DNA from: Balanoglossus misakiensis
Lineage: Eukaryota; Animalia; Hemichordata
NCBI GenBank assembly: GCA_040954595.2
Contig: CM082592.2
Location: 2,346,438 to 2,410,437, forward strand
Length of the DNA stretch: 64,000 bases
Direction: 5' to 3'
Position numbers and translations under genes: made by a program. Of this stretch, positions 14,893 through 27,022 are shown one piece after another. Every line of letters begins with the position of its first letter. The stretch's first letter is position 1. The notes under the pieces were generated by a model. It saw only the letters and a program-made list of their open reading frames with translations, was not told the origin of the DNA and searched no databases.

Positions 14893-17800
14893 AGGAACTT
14901 CGTTGTAGAAAGGGGGAACATTATACACATGTTGACTGGCTATGAGGGCAACAGCATACATGTACGTCTGAAACCTGAAATCATTTTCGGAACTGATGCC
15001 CGGCAACTGATGACGTCATTTTATATGGATCAGCACAAAAAGAATGCATACCACGTGACTATCAATTGACCAATGAGAACACAGACTTTGGATGAGATGT
15101 GTTACAATACATTTTGATGAGTATTATCACAACTCTCTCACTGTTGCGGTACTAGTGTTTCCTTCATGTAAAATACTGTACCGACATTTGTGTGAAGTTT
15201 TCTCTTCTTTACTAGGTACGCACGCTTATTGGCGTAAATCATATTGAGGAGGATTCCATTGGTAGGGGGTCAGCTGTCGGTAGCTGGGGTCTCGATCGTG
15301 TCGACCAGCGTTACCTGCCAATGGACGATTCATTTATTCCACGAGGTACATGAAACTTTGATGCACGTGCCCATCTATCCTGCATATATCTCACTTGCAT
15401 CTTTTTGGCAAAAGCAGGAGCCAGTATGTGCTTGAGATTTTTTTTAGATATCATATTTGTTTATATTTTTGACCATAAATGGGCAAATGTATATTGGATG
15501 ATAGTGCATGTGCCTTCAATGATAGTAGACTCTTTTAAGAATATCTACGTGGTTTAGTTACCGCAAACAATTTTCTGTGGGGTAATGCAGTTGTATGATC
15601 ACGTTACAACTATCTTCATTCGAAGACTGTCTTTAAATTTGTTTTTATTTCTCGTTTAGACAACTTGTTTGTATTATTGTTTCCCTTTCATAATATTCCC
15701 AGGGGACGGTGCAGGTGTAAATGCATATGTACTGGACACTGGTATTCGTTACAGCCATGTTGACTTTGAGGGTAGAGCAGAATTCTGGTATGATTGCGTG
15801 CAGGACGGTCAGAGGGTAATATCCATTTTAGAGGAGAACAATTTGATTTCTGGTGGTGGTGAAGTATTTTCGATTGCCAGTCCACCTTTTTCCTAAAGCA
15901 AGTTTTAATTAAAACAATCAAACTTCGGGGGTTTTATAGCGTAAATTGTCTTGACCAGGACCCAACCGGTGATTGCCATGGGCATGGCACCCATTGCGCT
16001 GGTACTGTGGGTTCAAAGACGTACGGCGTTGCGAATAAGGTGTATCTCTGGGATGTTAGAGTGATGAATTGTAACAACCAGTGCCAGTGGTCCTGGCTGA
16101 TCGATGGTAAGTGAAATGCAAACCTGCATAAAACACATCCTTTATTGGCGATGCCAAAATGCATGTCCATCGCCTATCAAACAATTTCACACCTTCAAAC
16201 ACACAATCATGCAAAATGCTTCCTATTCTGTACAGTCAACATCTTTCCTTCACTTCTGCAACGTCATTTATGATAATCAAAGTGCACCACTTGGATGCTT
16301 AGATGGCCGCCCCTGTAGTTGTCAATTGATGATTGAAATGCCAACTTAAGGGTGTTGATCTGCAGGGTAACTACTGTACTGAAATGCAGATCATCGCAAA
16401 AAGAGACTGTCTTACAAATAAATGAATGAACACTGAAAGTGCTTGAAAATAATTTGAATCAAACGACAAAAAATGCAAAAGCAAAATCAAAGTAAGTTTA
16501 GGTTTCTTCTTTTTTGTTCATAATATGTTTTGTATATTCTATACCTAGTCTTTTAAAATTAAGTTAAGTAAATGTAACTATTTTTGTTAACTCACAGGTT
16601 TGAATCGTATTGGAAATTTGGGCGCGAAACCCGGAGTTGCATCAGTATCAATATATGGCAGTTACTCTGTGGCCTTAAACGCTGCCGTCAATGACTTAGT
16701 CAATAAAGGGTTTCCAGTTGCAATTTGCGCTGGAAACGACAATGCAGATGCATGCACCTACTCACCAGCCAGTGCTGCTGATGTAAGTGACCGTGGATAA
16801 TTCACAACAATGATGATAGCAGAATAAATTCTCCCCCAAGGAACGTTTGGAAGTGCGGAAAAATGGTTTATCTTGTAAATTTAATTTAATTTAATTTAAT
16901 TTAATTTAATTCAGGGAATCACAATTGGCGCCACAGAGAAAACAGACGCACGTTGGTCAAGTTCATCGTGGGGTTCATGCGTTCATATCTTTGCACCTGG
17001 TGTTGATATTCTAAGCACTTACAAGAACAGCGACACCTCTGTTGCGTACATGACTGGTACTTCCATGGCAACTCCCCATGTTGCAGGTATAAATTATTCT
17101 TCATGTTTGCTGTGCCTCGTTACTGTTTATCACATTTCCAATTTACTTTGATGTTGATCTCCCTGAACAGTGCAAACTATGTTTACGGTGTGGTTATAAA
17201 CAGAAAGTCGCACATGTGTATTTCTGATGACAACAAATGTTTTTGGTTGGATTGGAAGACAGAAAACGACTGACACAAGCCATAAAGTCCACCTAGTCAC
17301 AGTTGCACGTGATAATAGTCTAGTCCTAAGAGATACATGTTAAGCAGATAATTGACGTTTCTTCGTTTTATCACAGGTGCAGCAGCCATTCTCTTGCAAC
17401 TGAACCCTAGCCAAAGTGCATACCAGGTTAAAAATGCCATTTTGAGCGACGCCACAACTGGTGTGGTTGGAGATCCCCGAGGAACGCCCAACCGAATGCT
17501 GTACATTGGCTAGTCATTATCCACGGTTGAAATAGCATGTCAACAGGAAGAAGGACTACATTTAAATCATGAATCTTCAAATGTGTTTGATGATTTTGGT
17601 GCTAAACATAGGGTCTTATACACTAGAATAGACTAAAGTTTGGTGAACTTAAGTGATGTATTGTATTTAATTATCTGACGTCAATAAATTTGAAAATAAG
17701 TGGATACCAAGTGGATACCTATATCGGTTGCACCAGTTATTCGATAAATTATTCGGACAGCAAATTCGTAAACTGCTCAGCCAATATATTGGCAAAAGAT

Positions 17801-20800
17801 TCTGCTTGTACACCTCATGCACTTTTAATCTGAGCAAAAACATGTTCACTCCACTTGATTACAGCAGCTGTACAGTTTGACTTTTTTGGGATGAACCCGC
17901 AGTGACAGACTTCTTGTGTGGGGATGACTACACCTGGAGATGTATGACAGACATTGTATCATATCTATCTATTCATATCACGCATCGTGGTGGGTTTCAA
18001 TGGTGGTGTTTATGTTAGTTCATGATTATTCAAGATAAATAATGCTTCAAACACTTGTCAAATTTCTCACATAACATCAGAAATCGCCAACGTTTGAATT
18101 CATTTTATGACACAACGGACGCACCCAGACTTCAGACTGGTTAGAGTTCTTCGTATTCCAGGTATGACTTTTATGGAATGATATGTCAGCTTGCTGAGTA
18201 ATCAGTATCACTCATTTTTAAAAGAAAATCATTTTGAAAACTAGGCAGTGCACATTTCGTACAAGCTTACGTCAGGAATTTAATTTGTTCATCTGCATAA
18301 ACATAAACGCAACGATTGGAACAATCACTATAACTGCGTTGAACATAATTAGACTCATGGCAAATTATCAAATTCACAATTCCAGCCTAGACTGGCGTCT
18401 TGTCTTTCAATGTATAAAAAATTGTTAATCCTCTTTTATCTTTGAATTCACGATTTTTTGTTCTCTTAAAACAGTAAAATTTACCAGAAAGCATATCCTT
18501 TATACAGAACAAAGTGCACGATGTGGGAATACATTTATTGCCACTCTGCGAAATTGGTAAGCCATTTACTAGTATTTTGTCATGAACACCGGCCAGAACT
18601 AAACCACCCAACAATGAGGGCGCTCACTGGCAGAAGCCACATGATTATGTCACTAAAAAATGTGAGACTTTCGCATACCACATCTGCGTGTGAGTACGAC
18701 TGAACGTTGAGGGCGTCACAGAACTAGAAAATAGTGCGATTAACAGTCAAATGGCTGACCTGAATTCCGACTGATAGTAGAATGATTTCCAAAATCTGTG
18801 ATGATCATATTAGGACTGAGGGCCAGCACCCTCTATGGCTTCAAGTGCTTGGGGCCAGCTTAGCATGATTATGAACATCACACCAAGACCCGTGCCAGAA
18901 CCATATGGCAATACAACCATATGAAAATATGACATATCACAGTTCATTCCGAAACTAATTACGAAATTCAGATAACTTTTTGGAATTTCCGTTTAATCTT
19001 ATACTTTCTTCAACAAGTATCACCTTGATGCAACGGTATCATAATTTGTATTTTCAATTCATTCACACCCAAAAAAGAGTCAGATCATGGAAATTTTCAT
19101 ATGTTTCCTCAGCTAAACTTTTTTTGTTTCATGGGAAATTATTTTTTCACTGATTCCCCCCCCCCCCCCCCCAAAAAAAAATACAGCTGAATTTTACACC
19201 GATCACACACTTTTGGAAAGGTGTGCAAATTCGAGGGTTATTTCTTTACTAATATTTAATGTTTTCAAATAGGGAAGGTATTATTTTCAGACCGTGGAAT
19301 TCCAAAATTAGTTCAGAACTTGTTGTTTGTTAGCTTTATAAAAATGAAAAGAATTTGTATCATACATGTACGTGGATGATCATGATTTGTGTATACATTT
19401 ATTTATAACAGTTGACATTTTAGATATTTCTATTTGGTAGGTCAAAATGCTGAACTGTTGAAGGAACATTTGAGGAAGGACTAGAAGAAGTCCTGAAACT
19501 TTAAATCACCCTTTTAAAGTTCTTTAATATTAAATCTACTGGTTTGTATATTTCAAACATTGACAACTAACATGCAACAGGATTAGTTTTTGCCCGGCCA
19601 TGGGCCCAGATGTGAACCCAGCATGTGAACCCAGCATTAATTCACATCAACATCCCGATATGACCTTGTACTCCAGTACCATACAACACCTTCCTTGACT
19701 TTCATATAGAGGAAGTCCACCAAATTTAGGAATTTCCTACAATCTACAGCAGAAATGATTTTTTGGGGCAAAAAGAATGGAGAGGTTGATAACCAGAGCC
19801 ACACTTTGCCTCAGTCAATGTTTGTTTTCTTCTTTGCCTTTCTCAATTATAAAAACAAAATAATTACTAATTAGGAGTTGAGTAATAACATTCCACCATC
19901 AGCAGCACACAGGTATACATTGTACCATACAATGTAGAAAATCATATTATTACTTTCAAGAATAATGCTAATGCTTTGGAGAATACTGGTCTCCAAGACC
20001 GATAAAAAATCCTTTCTTTCGATTTATCAAAGGTCAAAGTTTTAGTTTCAAACACTGCGGCTCAGGCATCAATGGTCAGAGATCACCATCCCGATGGAAG
20101 GCTAAAGATCATGATATTGCCCTCGCTAACATGTGTTATTATTTAACTGTATGTTTTATAATACCTGTGCACATTACAGTAATATTTCTGTTTCACTAAG
20201 ACGTGCCTTCACAGTTTTGGCCTTTGAAAGGAAAGTGCTTTTTTTCCTAAAATGGAGGAAAGGATACATTTATTTTGGAATTCTTTCTTCCAGTTCAGAA
20301 AAAAAAATCCAAACTGCTAATTGAATTTTCAAAGTTGAAGAATTTCAATACATTTCATGTATGTTCAGGTACATGAACATGTATTTCAAAACATGGTAAC
20401 AGTAAGCAAATTGGTCAATTTCTCACTTCTGGCAGAAACAGGAAGTAAAATGACATCCTTCTGTCAGTGAATCACATACAAATATAAAAACGAAAATGAA
20501 AATGAATTTGAATACAACGATAACATCAGCAACATGTGTATGGCTAGCAGTAGCACACACAAAACCACACAACCATAGCTTGGACATGAAATCCTTCAAT
20601 TCACAGCCAGAAGTAAAAGGACTTCTGCCCCTGTGAGTCCATAATAAGCAAGACCTATCACAGTAAATTCACAACATTGAAGGTATTTGGCCAGTAGTGA
20701 GTTACAACCTAAATGTTTTCATCTCCAATAAATCAAAAAGTCCCAAGGTTTTCAGCATGATTACACTCAATGCAGTTATTGATAAGTCTACAGGAGCTGT

Positions 20801-21666
20801 CAATCATCTGCCACTAGTTGGGCCTTGGACAAATTACCACATGATTTCTATGTACTCATCTAAGGTCATCTAAACCATAGACCCTAGGGTCTATGTCTAA
20901 ACATATAGTGGAAGAGGGTATGCTTGATAGCAGCACAAATGGAAATCTGGTCAATTGTGTCCTTTGTTATCTACTCAATGTCACTGTCAGCATATCAAGA
21001 CTTGATCTGGGTGTGATATCTAATTAAAGTACACATAGTCTTTGAAGTAGACTGTACAGTTATTCACATTGTGACTAGCTCCAGGTTTCGCTTGGTGGAG
21101 TACATTTGCCGTCATACCCTAGCCCCAAGACAACATCTGCATTGCTGGAGGCAGCAGAGATCAAATTGTGGCAGGCACTGGCTTGGAGTGGCAGAGAAGA
21201 CCCAGACTGCTTCTACAACTACAGCCTGAAGGTATGGACTTGGTTTGTGCATGGACGTCCATGGTTTGTGCATACAAAACGCCATTGGGATGACATAATA
21301 CAACTAATGTACACTGTGAGTCACACTTCTTTTGAAACAAAACCGAAAGGAATGTCTATGACAACGCCATGAACGTGCCAGAGAGGTGTAGATGACACCC
21401 ACTGTGATCGAAAGCTACCCTATTTATGCAATAGAAATAGAATGTGTAAACCTGTGAACAGTTGTTGACCGTGACTGCAACGGTAAACATAACGATTTCG
21501 GGTAAAGTAACCAAGACTTACGAATTTTGAATACTGGATAGGCCTCCACCAACTACCCTGCGCATAGCAGCGCATATCAGACGATAAAATGTCCAATTTT
21601 AGGCTCTCGGAATGACATAGTTGTTATGAATACATACCTGGATGATCCCACTATCGCGTGAAACAT
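7210..21666 (-). CDS. NUDT9: ADP-ribose pyrophosphatase NUDT9 (Nudix hydrolase), spliced; 3' exons lie beyond the window start
   Basis: Phase-consistent GT-AG exons: 21666-21638 (MFHAIVGSS, inferred exon 1), 11730-11479 (..[34 protein letters not shown]), 10279-10181 ([19 protein letters not shown]), 9030-8944 ([29 protein letters not shown]), 8377-8266 ([22 protein letters not shown]), 7353-7210 ([24 protein letters not shown]9-type Nudix box). Exon 1 is less certain than the others. Confidence 0.93.
9435..9786. mobile_element. Non-autonomous TIR element family A (GGGACAAAGTCTCTCTCTCGC termini, TTAA flank; Kolobok-like)
   Basis: gggacaaagtctctctctcgctgc ... gcagagagagagagactttgtccctttaa. 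Related copies at ~39985-40330, 54303-54482 and 59869-60153. Confidence 0.8.
10830..11415. mobile_element. TTAA/AGG-ended MITE family C, interrupted by a Harbinger-like insertion
   Basis: ttaaaggttcactgtaact ... aaagttacagctaatgtccctttac. Internal sequence is shared with 29174-29476 and with the ~26150-26480 region. Confidence 0.65.
10941..11214. mobile_element. PIF/Harbinger-like MITE with TTA target-site duplication
   Basis: TIRs ggccaaataaaaaaaaatatgtgctgtaccgattac / gtaatcggaacagcacatattattttttttggcc. Flanked by tta on both sides. Confidence 0.8.
13127..13289. mobile_element. MITE family B (TTAA-AGGTAT...ATACCT-TTAA; Kolobok-like)
   Basis: ttaaaggtatgcagtcacct ... aggtgaccgtatacctttaa. 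Related copies, in the opposite orientation, at ~29828-30010, 51732-51927 and 53648-53839. Confidence 0.8.
14047..17513 (+). CDS. Secreted subtilisin-like serine protease, S8A proteinase K/aqualysin type, with signal peptide and I9 propeptide
   Basis: Exons 14047-14163 ([25 protein letters not shown]), 14657-14794, 15216-15345 ([10 protein letters not shown]), 15703-15815 (YVLDTG, catalytic Asp), 15959-16106 ([11 protein letters not shown], His), 16598-16782 (AGN, oxyanion Asn), 16915-17086 ([15 protein letters not shown], Ser), 17377-17513 ([10 protein letters not shown]). All introns are GT-AG with consistent phases. Confidence 0.95.
14322..14527. mobile_element. TA-flanked MITE family D (CTGTAAAACAC termini)
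   Basis: tactgtaaaacactttattttcgcgag ... gtgttttacagta. Same termini as the longer copy at 41247-42157. Confidence 0.75.
14829..14892. repeat. (GAT)n microsatellite
   Basis: About 21 gat units in intron 2 of the subtilase gene. It produces the spurious poly-M, poly-D and poly-I ORFs in the track. Confidence 0.95.
16877..16911. repeat. (AATTT)n microsatellite directly before a splice acceptor
   Basis: aatttaatttaattt... runs into ttcag at 16914. Confidence 0.9.
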
Positions 21667-21730
21667 ATGAACAATCGCGGAAGTGGCGCCCAGGAACGCC
21701 AAACACGTCACTACAGAGAGACAAGGGTAG
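21667..21730. promoter_or_regulatory. Putative bidirectional promoter region between NUDT9 and the NEF1-like gene
   Basis: Locally CpG-rich, with an ETS-type CGGAAGTG at 21678-21685. It lies between the NUDT9 ATG (21666, minus) and a plus-strand donor agg|gtaggt (~21727) with an acceptor at ~22072 ahead of the 22138 ATG. Confidence 0.45.
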
Positions 21731-22137
21731 GTTGGGGTCACAGTGGAGAGACTGTGTGTGCAATGACCTCTTGTGACCTCAATCCTGTACACAGCCACGG
21801 ATTCTCATTCGATTTCAATTACGTACGAGCAGGAGATCAGCGACATGCAAAATGTGCAGCATTGCTCTCCCAATTTCCATTTTTCACTAAAGTTCCATTT
21901 TATCAAATCTATCACTCGATCCACTTTGTGAATAATTTGGAGCGTACACATACCGGGGTACACGTACACAACATGCGTACCCGCATCCGGAGAGTTCATA
22001 ATCCGAATCAGTTGAAACGATTATATCCACCACCTCACATTTGAGCATTTGACGACTGCTTGTTGTGTGCAGAGTGAGAAGCCCTGGAGAAGTACCAGAG
22101 ACAAAACCTGACCCACTTGTTCTGACGATTGCATAAG

Positions 22138-24909
22138 ATGGATAGCGATACCGATTCCGACAATCCCAACCATTCTCCAAAGCAGGAGTACCAGGAACTG
22201 ATCAGGCGTCCGTTACCAGCCTGGTTCGACCCCGGTCCATTTCGTTACAATGGACGATTCACACTTGCTTTCCTGCCATGTGGTATCATCGTACTTGCCA
22301 TAACTGGAGAACTACTGCTTGCAATAATCGCCGTCGGTGCGCTGATCGTGCATTTAATGGACACGGGAGGTGCCAAGCGCCGAGCTGTTGTTGTTTACCT
22401 GTGTACATTCATCATGGCTCAAATGACGGTTATTTATGCAGCCTTTCCGCTAATTTGGAATTCACAAATTAATATCATTTTGATATTCTTGATAAATATG
22501 TTCACAGTCTTGACGGGAGGACTTATACTTCTACAGTTTAGAGTGTTTCGATATGAAGAACCATATTTGGCGGTGACAGTAGAACTTGGTTTGTTTTGCA
22601 TCTACCCAGCAGTTTGTACAGCCCTCATCACCTGGAGCAGTGTTACCATGACAACTGTGTATGCAACACCCTATTACGTCATTACTTATGGATTTCTACT
22701 GCTGCGGTTATTCCTGACTCCATCACTGTCATCATTCCGGAAGGAAGACCCCAAAAGGATTGAAGATTGCTACGTCATTGGTGCTGTAGAATGTGCAGCT
22801 ATTTCATTATTATACGTCATGTTTCCTGTTCTATTATTCATCATCATCAATTTCTGGACATTACTCCAGTGGCAGGTGTTGTTGCAACTTTTATTCGTTC
22901 TTTGTGTCCCATCCTTTCTTGTGACTCTCCTGGGAATAAGACCATTCCTGGAGTACCAGGGACTGACTCTCAAACATGTTATGCTGGTGAGGTGGACATT
23001 TGGGCTTGCATCTTTGCTGTTGGGAACAATACTGTTACACATATATGGAATGGAATCGGCGCTACTTCCGTGGCTTGTACCAGCAGTCATCAGTAACTTG
23101 GTGTTAGGAGTGAGTACCAGGTTAAAGCAACACCGACTATGGAGCAACATCTGTGGATTAGCAGTCATGATTGTGTACACACTTACCAGTGTGAAGTCAT
23201 TACCGCTGCAACTGCAGAACCCCGCCCTGAACATGAGGACAGTCTCAGTGCTTCTGATCTGGCACTCTGTTATCACAGTTCTTTGTGTAATGGTTTCCAA
23301 CATATCCTGGCAAATTCTTAGCGTGGTCATCACCTTGGAAACGGTTCTTTTTGTCATCGCAGAGCACATACTCCACGCTCAGGAATTTTATGGCATCGTC
23401 ATGATGTTGTTAACTTCCCTGATAAGTGCCTACATGTTGTTCCGTTTACAAGATGTCAACAGAATACCATGGTCAGTGACCTCGCTAGGGCTGGCTTTGC
23501 ATTCCACAAAAATTCTTACATTACTCCACAGAACTGATTTGATTTCTGAGTCAGGAACTTGGATGTACATTGTTCAGATGTTTTCATTAATGTCTGCTGT
23601 AATGATATTAAGTAAGTTACTTGTATTTGAAAACAGAGAGGATTTGTCGAGAGAGCAAGGACTGTACTATACAGGAGGAATCTTACTGACATTTACAGCA
23701 GTACACATGACCATGTTTACACCGATATGGAAGGCAACTATGAGAGCAACACCCTCAGTAGCTGACATAGTCTCTTCAATTCTCATAACGTCAGGGCTAA
23801 CATATCTCAAATTAGTGTTTGTGCATATGCCAAAAGATACAGTTGCTAGGAAACTAAATGTTCTCATCATTCTCAGCGGCATTCTGATTAGTATTATGCA
23901 ACCGCAGGGCTTGGTGGAGGGTTCAGATGAGTGTGGATGGATGCTTGTAGTGGCTTTCATCTGGTTCACTGCGGTGATATTTTCAATAATTCCCAACACC
24001 CAGATAAAAATGCTGATATTTCTTCAGGCTGTATTGCTAGGCACCCCTATAGGGATACAAAGCATTGCTGTACTCAGTGCAGACTCGGCCTTTGACACAG
24101 CTCTTTGCAGTATAGCCTATATTACTGCAGCAAGCCTTGCCATGTATGTTGTGTTATTGCTGTGGAATTGGGGTGAGAAATCCAAGAGCATCACTGTGAA
24201 CCACGTTTTCAAAGCATCAGTCTGTTTGCTCAGTCTCTTCATGGTGACATTTCTGCTTGAATTGAGCCTACAGCCTGTTTGGGATAGCCTGTCCAAATCA
24301 CCCCTGCTGAGGGCAGCATTACCATGCACCACATACTTTTGTGTGATCTTCATTGTCATCAGCCTTGCTTTAAAGCTGCACTGCCAGAGTGTGAAGCATA
24401 AAGACCCTTTCCAGTACAGTGGCCCGGGAAAACTGGAATTGTTTGGCAATGTACTGACAATACTATCCTTCTTGCTTGCTGTTCTGAACTGCCCCTTAGA
24501 CCATCCTGAGATCTGGAACTGCACATGCTCTGTCTTGCTGTTGCTTTTACAAGAAGATAAATTTATGTTGCAAGGCTTCAAAGCAAACAATCAAGCAGGT
24601 CCGGTATTTACCGCAGTCATGGCGATTTTATTCATTTCCACCATTGCAGAGAGTGATGTGTGGAAATTCGGACTTACATGGAGTGCATTTGTGGAAATTC
24701 TCATTCTTCTATTGAACTTTACAACATACATTACATTCTGCACTGTAGTGTGGTGTGACTATTTATTCTCCTCCATAAAAACTATTTGCTTCAGCGTTCC
24801 ACTCAACACTCTGCTATTCCTCATTGGAAGTAGTTACAGTAGTTGGTTGCTAGGGTTACTGGGATTATTTGGTGGTTTTTGGTTAATTTGTTACAAAATA
24901 CCACTTTAG
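22138..24909 (+). CDS. 923-aa multipass membrane protein with an uninterrupted CDS, similar to plant NO EXINE FORMATION 1 (NEF1)
   Basis: Single 2.77-kb ORF (first ATG at 22138) with more than 20 hydrophobic segments. Motifs FDPGPFRYNGRFTLAFLPC, LQFRVFRYEEP..VELGLFCIYP, PSLSSFR, GNVLTILSF and LLLLLQED..GF are collinear with recalled Arabidopsis NEF1 motifs (FSPSSFAYNGRIAIALVPC, LQFKWLQLENP..LERLLFACVP, PRVSSFK, GNVATVMCF, LLLLNQDSDFVAGF). Confidence 0.85.
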   Translation: MDSDTDSDNPNHSPKQEYQELIRRPLPAWFDPGPFRYNGRFTLAFLPCGIIVLAITGELLLAIIAVGALIVHLMDTGGAKRRAVVVYLCTFIMAQMTVIYAAFPLIWNSQINIILIFLINMFTVLTGGLILLQFRVFRYEEPYLAVTVELGLFCIYPAVCTALITWSSVTMTTVYATPYYVITYGFLLLRLFLTPSLSSFRKEDPKRIEDCYVIGAVECAAISLLYVMFPVLLFIIINFWTLLQWQVLLQLLFVLCVPSFLVTLLGIRPFLEYQGLTLKHVMLVRWTFGLASLLLGTILLHIYGMESALLPWLVPAVISNLVLGVSTRLKQHRLWSNICGLAVMIVYTLTSVKSLPLQLQNPALNMRTVSVLLIWHSVITVLCVMVSNISWQILSVVITLETVLFVIAEHILHAQEFYGIVMMLLTSLISAYMLFRLQDVNRIPWSVTSLGLALHSTKILTLLHRTDLISESGTWMYIVQMFSLMSAVMILSKLLVFENREDLSREQGLYYTGGILLTFTAVHMTMFTPIWKATMRATPSVADIVSSILITSGLTYLKLVFVHMPKDTVARKLNVLIILSGILISIMQPQGLVEGSDECGWMLVVAFIWFTAVIFSIIPNTQIKMLIFLQAVLLGTPIGIQSIAVLSADSAFDTALCSIAYITAASLAMYVVLLLWNWGEKSKSITVNHVFKASVCLLSLFMVTFLLELSLQPVWDSLSKSPLLRAALPCTTYFCVIFIVISLALKLHCQSVKHKDPFQYSGPGKLELFGNVLTILSFLLAVLNCPLDHPEIWNCTCSVLLLLLQEDKFMLQGFKANNQAGPVFTAVMAILFISTIAESDVWKFGLTWSAFVEILILLLNFTTYITFCTVVWCDYLFSSIKTICFSVPLNTLLFLIGSSYSSWLLGLLGLFGGFWLICYKIPL

Positions 24910-27022
24910 TCTTTTGCTACAGCCTTTCACACTCCTGTCTCATTGCTATAAAAAGCACAGGCACTGTTTGAGAAATGGGATGAAAATTTATGCAATAATA
25001 ACAATTGTCATATTGATATGTTCAAGCAATAGGTATTTTGGATTGTCCAATTACATTGTATGTGAGCATTAGTTGTGTCTAATACACCTCATACATGTGT
25101 AAAGATTCTTGTGCCATTTTCAATCCCATTTTGATATTTAATATTTATAACATTTCTCAGTGCTGAAGTTGGAATGGCTACAAAACTATTTCCAATTGCT
25201 AAAAATTGAAATCTTACTTTGTGCTCTAGTAGATGAGCACACCAGAACACAAAGATGATCATGTTCAAATTTGCTGATTTACAGGACTCATCAGCATACA
25301 GTGCAATATGGAAATTGATAATGACATTACGATGTAGTTGAATAATAACAAATTATTTTGCAAATGATCACAATACAAGCCACATGTTGATAGACAAGTT
25401 TGATACAGGTGTACATGTCCTACAATATTTCCTAATTTTATAACTTTCCATAGTGTAGTGGATATTTTTTTCACATTGACAGCCACCTGGCCCTGGTCAA
25501 ACAAGAGGACTTCCTCATGATATCAAACAATTTAACCATAAGCCAGTTCAAAACAATTTGATTTTGAAGAGTTTGTAGTATGATCTTACACACTTTTAGA
25601 TGCATTTGATTCACCACAGTGACCGGGATTTGATTGATAGTGGAATTTTTATTTCAATAGAAAAGTTGTATGATTTTTCACACGTCACTGTATATTTTTC
25701 TAAATTTTCACATGAAGTGAGAATTAATAACTACATGTATATTGTGCCAGACTACAAATAAAACATCAGTATTGGAAAAATCTGTCTGTTTTCAGTATAT
25801 TTCTGTTCTTGTGTCTACTACAGTTTCTTTTATGATCAAAGTTTCACTGCTCTCTCCTTTGTGTACTATTTCAATATTTGTTTTGTTTTTGTTCTATACA
25901 TGCATTGTAGTTTTCAAGTCAGTTGGAATTTTAAAATTGCAATTCCACTTTTTGCCTTCCATTCTGCTTTCACAACACTATGCATACATATAGATATCTG
26001 ATGCCAAAAGCCCATGGATGTGTGTCCTCTATTGAACTCATAAAAGGTGGTTTGATAAATAATTCTGGTAATAAGGACATCCTCATAAGTGGACTTGCTT
26101 CAACGAATAAATTTCAGCAAATTGTGTTCTGAATTACTATAGCATGTGTTGCTCTATTAGCTGCAACATTTTGCCGTTTTCAGTTTTGTGTTTTATGTTT
26201 CTACTTCAGTTTCTTGTTCACATTCTTGAAACATTATAAAATGTCTAACATATCAACACAACACGTATTTATATAAACAGCATTGTTATTGTGCAAAATT
26301 TGATTTCAAGTCTGGACTAGAATTCCTTTGTCAACAATAAATAACATTGGTCATTACACACATACATGTGAGCAGCGAACAGGGTATATTAGCATGCTGT
26401 TTGGAGTACAACAAGAAATTACATTCGGTACACAGAACAAAAATACAGAATATAAAGCCAAAAGTTACAGCTTTTGTCACTTTGAGTGAGTGCATATGCC
26501 ATGGGATTGTGTATGCCCTTGGCCACTGAGCTGTAACCAAAATTCAGTTCCGAAACTCACCCAAGGCAAACATACATACCAGGATAATTTACGAGACGGC
26601 AAACAACTAAAATTATCTATCATTAAGAATCGTTATAAAGACAAAATTTGCCAAGGGACAAGTGGGCTAGTCTAATAGATAGGTGGCTAGAAATGGTGGT
26701 TATTTTCATTTACATAGCTGATAAAATAAAGTGGCCCTAACACTAACTGTGTGTTCCTCTACTCAATTGCAAAGCAACAGCGAAGGGTCGTGTGTCATGC
26801 ACGGCTTATCATTAGTTACAGGGCGGTACCCCTGTAAATGTTAGCCGAGTTCCAAAGTCATTTACCAGGGTTCCCGTAGCAGAAGTGTTTCCAGAATTAT
26901 TTACCAAATCTCCAGCGGCCCCAACCTCAACAAAACACTGCTTAGCACCATATGCTTATAGTTTCATGTACAGTTGCATACCACAGTCTCACTTCAACTT
27001 TTTTAGTGTATGAAGTATGGCA

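Noticed and set aside
14737-15069. Poly-Asp, poly-Met and poly-Ile ORFs
   Set aside because: They are translations of the intronic (GAT)n microsatellite.
22770-24590. Antisense ORFs of 199, 110 and 157 aa
   Set aside because: They are shadow ORFs opposite the long hydrophobic CDS.
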